The notes under the pieces are model-generated. The model was not told where the DNA came from and searched no databases. It was given only the letters and a program-made list of their open reading frames with translations. The translations under genes were made by a program, and so were the position numbers. Positions 57,033 through 64,000 of a stretch of DNA of 64,000 nucleotides are shown here, piece by piece. Position 1 is the stretch's first letter; every line of letters starts with the position of its first letter. This DNA comes from Minutocellus sp. GHC0000111 (taxonomy: Eukaryota): contig OZ361260.1 in assembly GCA_977018835.1 (NCBI GenBank), positions 558,001 to 622,000 of the forward strand, read 5' to 3'.

Positions 57033-59507
57033 ATGATGAAGCCTTCCGCGTGCATAATTTGCTGCACAGTGCTGCAATTTACGGCCAAATCGTCGGCATT
57101 TGTTCCAGCTCCGGCATCATCATTCGTCAATACACCATCCACTCCTTCGCACAGACGACGGTCGTCGTCTCTTTCTCTGCTCTTTGATGGAGAATGGCAG
57201 AAGCGAAAATACGGCCAAAACTCATCGGGCAAAAACAGCAGTGCAAAAAGTGGGGCATCGGGTCGAGTCGACACCCTCCGTGACGAGGCCACAACCAACG
57301 CGCTTCTCGAGCGGGTGCTGCTCGTTAGCACTCCATCATTCGCTCCCGACGAGAAAGTTCGCCGACGCCTTTCCCGACTCCAGCTTATTGGGAGAGGGCC
57401 CCTTTCATTGCCAACAAGAGGCGGAAAGGACGAAGAGGGTGTAGATGTTCAATGTCTATTCTTGACAGACGCCTCGCAAACCGCTGTATCTGTTGATGGT
57501 ACCGTGAAATGCCTACCAGTGCCTCTATCGGACAACGCATCATCGGCCAACAGACAGCTCAAGCTGTTATCGTTCGCTCATTCTGGCAAACCAATCTCCA
57601 AATCTCTCTTCTTGACTATATCGCCGCTGCTCACTGGGCGGGATGGGTCGCTATGGGACAATCTCCCGTGGACAACATGGACCATCGACCCTACACGAGA
57701 GAGACTCGTTGATGCCGCAAAAAATCCCGTGGCTTCAAAATTTCACCCCGGAAAGAGAGACGCCTTCGAGAGGATGAACGGCAAGGACTGGTACGGTCGA
57801 AGTTTGAGCGGCGGGAATTTGAAAGCCAGGCTGGAGTACTGGTTGGATGGGCTTGATGATATTAGCTTGTATATCGAGAATGCAAATGATGATGGGGGCG
57901 AGAAGCATGACAATGACACTGGAAATAATAGTGTCGGTGAAGCCAATGATTCTTCTTTGGAAACGACTCCAAAATTTGACGATGCGGCAGCGTCTATTTT
58001 GGCACGGCGAATTCTAGAGGTGGAAATGGCAGAGGCGACAATGGCGGTCGCTGAAGCGGAGCAAAACTTGGCCATTCTCCGCGGCCAGGATCAACAAGAC
58101 GGCGAGGATGACGTTGCTTCATCGCTCAATGAGATTGAAGCCCGAAGGAACGACCTTGCCGAAGTTGAGACTGCATTAGCCGACATTCAAATCATAGAGC
58201 AGCAGCTCCAGAGTGGCGAGAGTGGGGATGCCCGATCTATCCTTCGCGACTTTCTGGCAGCGCTCACCAACAAAGGCGGCGATGATGCCGAAACCAAGGC
58301 GTCGAGTGCCCCGTATCGAGGGGCCTATGGATACTCTGCCGTTGTCGACACTCCCGAGGAAATGTTTTGGAAGTCGGTGCTGCCCTATCGAAGTCCGTAT
58401 GATTTACTTTTGGAGATTATTTCGGAACAGCTTAATGCCGATGTGATCGGGGCAGCTCTTGAGGATACTTCCATTTTCGACAACGAGGTCATATTGGGTG
58501 GCGCTGTCGTGCTAAGGAGACGGGGGCGACCAAAATCTGTCACAGTCGGTGGAGAAACCATTGAAATATCAGGCGAAGACGACGACTTTGGAAGCTTTGG
58601 AGTGAAAGAGGGCGAATTATTTGTTGTGGAATGCGATGCTGATGAGGCTATTGGATTGGCACGGGCGGCCGATCTCGATGTTGTCATTGAAGACGACATC
58701 CTTCAGACTTCTAGGGTTGATGCTGTTTTCTCAGAAGATGGCAGTATGGGGGATGGTGAGGTAGATGTCGCTACTGTTGATTCTATTCCGCTCATGGCAT
58801 CATCTGGGTACAGCTCTGAAGGTGGGGCAGAAGAAGATGCGGTGTCAACCCGAAGCAGCAGTAGCAGCCGATCGGTACCGCAATCGCCCAAAACTACAAA
58901 TGCCTTCCTCGAGTTTTTCGCTCCAAAATCAAGCGGATATGTATACAATACCGACAATCCAATTCAATCTCTGGGTGAGTATGATTCTCTTTCCATCCAA
59001 GACAAGGGCCGGTTGCTGCTTTCTCTTCCAAGCTTTGACGGCCAACTACCGAGACCACGAGTTCTTCGCGAATATGAGAACCGAAAAGGCAATCGCAACA
59101 GCATAGGAAAGAAGAGCAAGGGTTCGGAAGCAACTTTAGCTCCTAATCCAATCGATGACCTTCTCGTCCCCTTTATTGACGAGAGTGTGCGAAGAGAATA
59201 TTTGATACGAGATGCAGATAATAGAGGCGACATCGACGAAGCCAACCGCCTGCGAGAGGAAAAGAGCACACGGTTGGTTGCCAGGGAAAGGGCCGCCATG
59301 GCGAGGGAGAATGGCCAAGAGGAGGAAGCAGATCGTTGGGAGGAAGAAGCCGACCTGCAAGCAAATTTGAGGGCCGATGTCACGCAAGATGAGGGAGAGT
59401 ACTCTCGGTTCCTCGACAGAGATGATTGGTACGAAAGAGAGCGAGTGGCCAGGGCCAAGAGAATCGATAAGAAGAAATTTGGGACCCTCTTGGATGGAAT
59501 CGAATAA
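57033..59507 (+). CDS. plastid-targeted protein of unknown function (824 aa)
   Basis: SSA-FVP bipartite presequence; long uninterrupted ORF; C-terminal ADVTQDEGEYSRFLDRDDWYERER. Confidence 0.8.
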   Translation: MMKPSACIICCTVLQFTAKSSAFVPAPASSFVNTPSTPSHRRRSSSLSLLFDGEWQKRKYGQNSSGKNSSAKSGASGRVDTLRDEATTNALLERVLLVSTPSFAPDEKVRRRLSRLQLIGRGPLSLPTRGGKDEEGVDVQCLFLTDASQTAVSVDGTVKCLPVPLSDNASSANRQLKLLSFAHSGKPISKSLFLTISPLLTGRDGSLWDNLPWTTWTIDPTRERLVDAAKNPVASKFHPGKRDAFERMNGKDWYGRSLSGGNLKARLEYWLDGLDDISLYIENANDDGGEKHDNDTGNNSVGEANDSSLETTPKFDDAAASILARRILEVEMAEATMAVAEAEQNLAILRGQDQQDGEDDVASSLNEIEARRNDLAEVETALADIQIIEQQLQSGESGDARSILRDFLAALTNKGGDDAETKASSAPYRGAYGYSAVVDTPEEMFWKSVLPYRSPYDLLLEIISEQLNADVIGAALEDTSIFDNEVILGGAVVLRRRGRPKSVTVGGETIEISGEDDDFGSFGVKEGELFVVECDADEAIGLARAADLDVVIEDDILQTSRVDAVFSEDGSMGDGEVDVATVDSIPLMASSGYSSEGGAEEDAVSTRSSSSSRSVPQSPKTTNAFLEFFAPKSSGYVYNTDNPIQSLGEYDSLSIQDKGRLLLSLPSFDGQLPRPRVLREYENRKGNRNSIGKKSKGSEATLAPNPIDDLLVPFIDESVRREYLIRDADNRGDIDEANRLREEKSTRLVARERAAMARENGQEEEADRWEEEADLQANLRADVTQDEGEYSRFLDRDDWYERERVARAKRIDKKKFGTLLDGIE

Positions 59508-59727
59508 TCTAATGTTATAGGTGCTATAGTCTCTATATTTTAATTAACTAGATCTTTGCAATCATCACCTGCTTCAATCATCCCTTTCGTCGTCATTGGC
59601 ACTTTCTTCTTTGTCACCGCCACCTCCTCCTCCTTGCTTCTATGACACGTCAGAGAAACTTTTCACGGGTGCGCGAGGTCATGACATTGCGTTGCATTGC
59701 CAAGTGCATTTTGCTGCTCGCGATGCC

Positions 59728-62700
59728 ATGATGGCGACCGACCAGCATGGTAGCGAGGACTATGTGTGGGTCCGAACCCGTCTCCTGACAGGAGGTGCTC
59801 GGACGTCTGCTGCTGCGACAACTCCTCGACGTGCAAAATCATCGGTCGTAGCAGACGACGACAAGGCCTGCAATGATTGGGGATGGGTCCGGTCCCGTCT
59901 CCTGTCCGATGGTGCCCTGGAGGCTCTGGCGCTGCAAAGCAAAGTCGGCGCAACGAGCGCAGCTCCAAAAAAGAGGCTGGTTGTTCTCATTTCCAAGGGT
60001 GTGAGCGATCGGGCGCAAAAGACAAACCAGCAGCGGGCATTGTCGATATTGGCTGCCCGCAAAACTCCGTACGAGGAAGTTGATGGAATGGACCCGACAC
60101 AAAAGGAGCGAAGAGAGATGCTCTTTGGCGTGAGCAAAATCAGGGGCAACTACCCGCAGTTTTTCCTTGCCCATGCGGCTGGTCGAGGAAGCATCAACGA
60201 GACCACCACGTATCTCGGCAATTATCAGTGGATTCACGAGCTGAATGATACAGTCGACCTGCCGCAGGACATACTGGCGGCAAACCCAGATTTGGAAACG
60301 TGGGACCGTGTTATGGGTGATTGCGAACCGTTTGAGGGTGATGCTGGCGGCGGCGATAAGGACAGTGGTGTTGATATGCAGATGTGCGTCGACGATGAGC
60401 AATCTCCTCATCACAATATCGAGGTGAAAATTTCTTCCGCTGAAATTGCCAGGGGCAACATTGTCATGTCGAACCCTGACCCACCAGACGAGATCGACAG
60501 CTCTAACAGTGAACACTTTGCGGACGACGATGAGTATGTGAGCGCAGGTGCACAGTCACGCAAGCGAAAATTGGCGAGATACTATCCTGACGATTTGATA
60601 AAATCTGCACGAACCTGCCGTGGTTCACTGTCTTCTGAAAAGATACCAGATGAACCAAATCTACACGGCCACTGGACCAATCTTGTTGGCAATCAATCCC
60701 TTCAAGAGCCTTCGGGGTGTGTATTCGGAAGAAACAATGCAGCGGTACTTCGAACGCGGAGAGAAGGGTGCATCTGGTGGAGTTGGAGGTGATGACAATG
60801 AAGATGACGGCCACAATTACCTTTCACCTCATGTTTACGGTCTCGCTGATAGGACCTACCGGGACATGATGGTGTCTTTAGAGCTTGCTGGTAGTGGTCA
60901 GAGGTCGGCAATCAACTCTGATCTCAAGGTAGATCAAAGCATCTTGGTTAGTGGTGAATCAGGAGCTGGCAAAACCGTGAGTAGCAAAATCATAATGCAA
61001 TATCTTGCCGCTCTCAGCAAACGTTCATCAGGCGAAAGTTCCATCAGTGGTGACTCCACTGATGCCAGTGGTAATTCTGACATTGAGCAGCAGGTGCTGC
61101 AGTCCAATCCCATACTGGAATCATTTGGTAATGCTCGAACCATTCGGAACGACAACTCTTCTCGCTTTGGCAAGTATATTCAGATTCAATTCTCAAATAG
61201 AGGGGCGCTCGTCGGGGCCAGCATCGAGACCTATTTGTTAGAGAAGGTTCGAATTATTACGCAATCTGAAGGCGAGCGCAATTATCACATATTCTACGAG
61301 CTACTGCAGGGCGGTCTTGATGACAATGAACTGGAAAAATATCTTTTGTCCGATTTTTCCGCCGAAGACTTTCGTATTACGTCATTTTCTGGAACTTATG
61401 ATAGAAGAGATGGTATCCTTGACGAGGAGACATTCGCAGATTTGATTGGTGCGTTTGACGTGATGGGCTTCAGTACCGATGAACGTGCCGATGTGATGAC
61501 TGCTACGTGTGCTCTACTTCACCTTTCCAACCTATCACTTCTAGCAGTGAGCGCAGATGAGAGCGCGATAGACGAAGCGAATGTCCATCTTGGGCCAGCC
61601 CTGTCTCTGCTTGGACTTACGGTTGAGAATCTCAACAGAGGACTGTGTTATTTTGCGATCCAGGCTGGCAAGGAGCACCACACAAGGTCCTTATCAAAGG
61701 AGAAATCAGAGAAAGGGTTGGAGGCTCTCGTCAAGGCTCTGTACGCGGCAGTTTTTGACTTTCTAGTTGCCAGGATCAACTCATCGATTGCCGTCGATGC
61801 CGGCAACCGCGCCAAGCGAGGCCGTGGTGGAAACAAGTCGTCTGTGGCAGCTGCTGCGATTGGCGTTTTAGATATTTTTTGGCTTCGAATCGTTCGACAC
61901 TAACAGTTTTGAGCAGTTATGGTAAGTGGTAACCTTTGTCGAGCTAGAAGAAGACGGCATTTATTTTCCACAACCGATCACCACTCAGTCTAACTCCTCT
62001 TCCCGTCTTTTTGTTCCAAACCAAATGGTAGCATCAACTACACCAACGAGGCCTTGCAGCAGCAATTCAATAATTTTGTCCTAAAAGTCGAACAAGAGGA
62101 GTACAAGCGCGAGGGAATAGAATGGGCTTTCGTCGACTTTCCCGACAATCAAGACTGTCTGGAACTGATTGGAAAGAAGGGGAGTGGCATTATCCCCATT
62201 CTTGACGACATGTGTAAGGCCGTCGGTATGACAGATAGTACATTCTGCCATGCTATCTACCAAAAGTGCGAATCTCATCCTCGCTTTGAGGTTAGTCTCT
62301 TGCAGAAAGGATCCAAATGCTTTGCTATCCGACATTACGCCGGGGCTGTTGAATATGATACGCAAACTGGCTGGGTAGAAAAGGATCGAGACGAAGTGCC
62401 AAAATTCACCCTCAAGTTGATGAAAGGTTCCTCAAATACATTTGTCAAGAGGTTGGGTGATATCATCGGCGGCGCGGACGTTGCCTCTGTAATAGGTGGC
62501 GCAGGAAAGTCTCGCCGAGCCCCTCCCAAAAGCGGCAACAATGGTTCTTCAGCCGGGAAAAGACTGACAGTCGGTGCTCAATTTTCCCAACAACTTGCAG
62601 AGCTGCGAGCAAAGATTGATCTTACCTCACCGCATTATGCTCGCTGTATCAAGCCAAATGATGCGCTTATGCCCGATCATTTTGACCCAGTTCCAGTCGT

Positions 62701-64000
62701 CGATCAATTGCGGTGCAACGGTGTCATAGAAGCTATAAGGGTCTCGCGCTTGGGATACCCACAGCGGTTTTCTCATGCACTCTTTGCCAGCCGTTATCGT
62801 ATCTTGGGAATCAAGACGATGAAAGATGCGCAACGGAGCTCACGGAAGCAGAGACCCGTTGACCTTATAGTTCAGGCCGTGGCTGCCGAGGTCAAAGACG
62901 AAGAAATCGAGGGAATTCAAGTTGGCCGCAGCAAAGTGTTTCTGAGACAAGCAGCATACGATACCATGGAAAGATTGCGCAGTATCAAAATCCGCCTTGC
63001 CGCCATTATGATCCAAAAGGAGGCCCGGAGATATGTGGCCGAAAGAGACTATCACATTATTCACTTTCTTGCTGTCAAGCTGGAATGTCTTGTCCGTCGA
63101 TATCTTGCCATTGCTAAGTTCGGCAGGATGCTGCAAGCTCGCAAGGCTCGTTGTGCGACATTGATTCAGGCCTGTTGGCGGAAACATGCTGGCCGCAGAA
63201 AGTTTCAGAGGACCGTCACGTCCATTGTGCTAATTCAGAGCATGATGCGAAAACACAAAGCTCGCAGGTCCTTTGTCGCTCAAAAACAACATGCAACGGC
63301 AATTCAGGCAATAGTACGGAGGACTATAGCTTCTCAACGAGTTGATAACATGCGCCAAATCAGAGAACATGACAAGAAGGCTAATGCCGAAGCCAAGGCA
63401 GCCGCCACTGATGGAGTACAACGAGAATCGAAGGATTCCAATGAATTAACAGCGCCAAGCAAGATTTCTTCGGCGCCGTTGACGCAGGTGGTTGAGATTG
63501 GCGTTGAAGAATCCAATTTGTCTGCAATTGTTCCGGCCGAAAGGGCGTCCATATCATTGGTGCGCGATCTTACTTCTCATCCTCCAAAAGCCCCTCCAAT
63601 TCCTGTCGCCGATTCCGCCGAGCTAGTTAGTATGCGAAAAGAGCTTGAGCAGTTGAGAACGGAACTCAATGAGAAGAAAAGTGTCGAGAAGAATATTATG
63701 GTTCAACTTGATAAAATCTCGAGAGAGAACTCTGAGCTCAAAGCACAGGCTGACCTGGCAGTATCATTGCGAGGCGATAACATGGAAGTGTCGAAGACCA
63801 TATCTTCCCTCAAGTCCTCTTTGGCCGAGAAGGATGCAGCTCTAAACGAAGCGAGAGTTGAATTAAAGGTAGCTGAGCGCGACCTTGCATCAGCAAACAA
63901 GGCCCTCTCTGAGAGCAAGGCGGAATGTCAGCAGCTTAAGCTCGACATTAGCAAGGCACGAGAGAAGGGTGACAAGTCCGCGGAAGACTTGTCTGAGCGG
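59728..64000 (+). CDS. myosin heavy chain with N-terminal SH3BGR/glutaredoxin-like insert, IQ motifs and coiled coil; runs off the window
   Basis: IYTATGPILLAINPF, SGESGAGKT, LESFGNARTIRNDNSSRFGK, LDIFGFESF, EQLCINYTNE, RCIKPN and IQ-like repeats. Intron 61922-62031; frameshifts at ~60600 and ~61878. Confidence 0.93.

Noticed and set aside
1..64000. tRNA, rRNA or other structured RNA genes
   Set aside because: None recognisable by eye; a tRNAscan-SE/Infernal run would be needed to exclude them.

Overview
This is gene-dense eukaryotic nuclear DNA, almost certainly from a diatom. The evidence is short GT-AG introns, ASAFAP-type bipartite plastid presequences and diatom-type gene families. About 27 protein-coding loci are recognisable, including a U-box/Sel1 protein, a MORN protein, an EF-hand Na+/Ca2+ exchanger-like protein, a PUFA elongase, SLC4/BOR and ZIP transporters, GH17 and GH5 glucanases, oligopeptidase B, a CDP-alcohol transferase/cytidylyltransferase fusion, an HMG-box protein, a CRAL-TRIO protein, glutaminyl cyclase and a myosin. 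There are also two ~3.4-kb copies of a DD39D Tc1/mariner transposon, a fragment of a second DNA transposon next to a 200-N gap, and an inverted paralog pair of an unknown family. The most striking signal is in the transposons. TpA dinucleotides appear to have been systematically converted to TpG or CpA (A>G on either strand), turning Tyr codons into Cys or His and altering one TA target-site duplication. This suggests a repeat-targeted, RIP-like but opposite-polarity adenine hypermutation system. Several host genes carry frameshifts or single in-frame stops, so assembly error is a standing caveat. All alignments and counts were made by eye.
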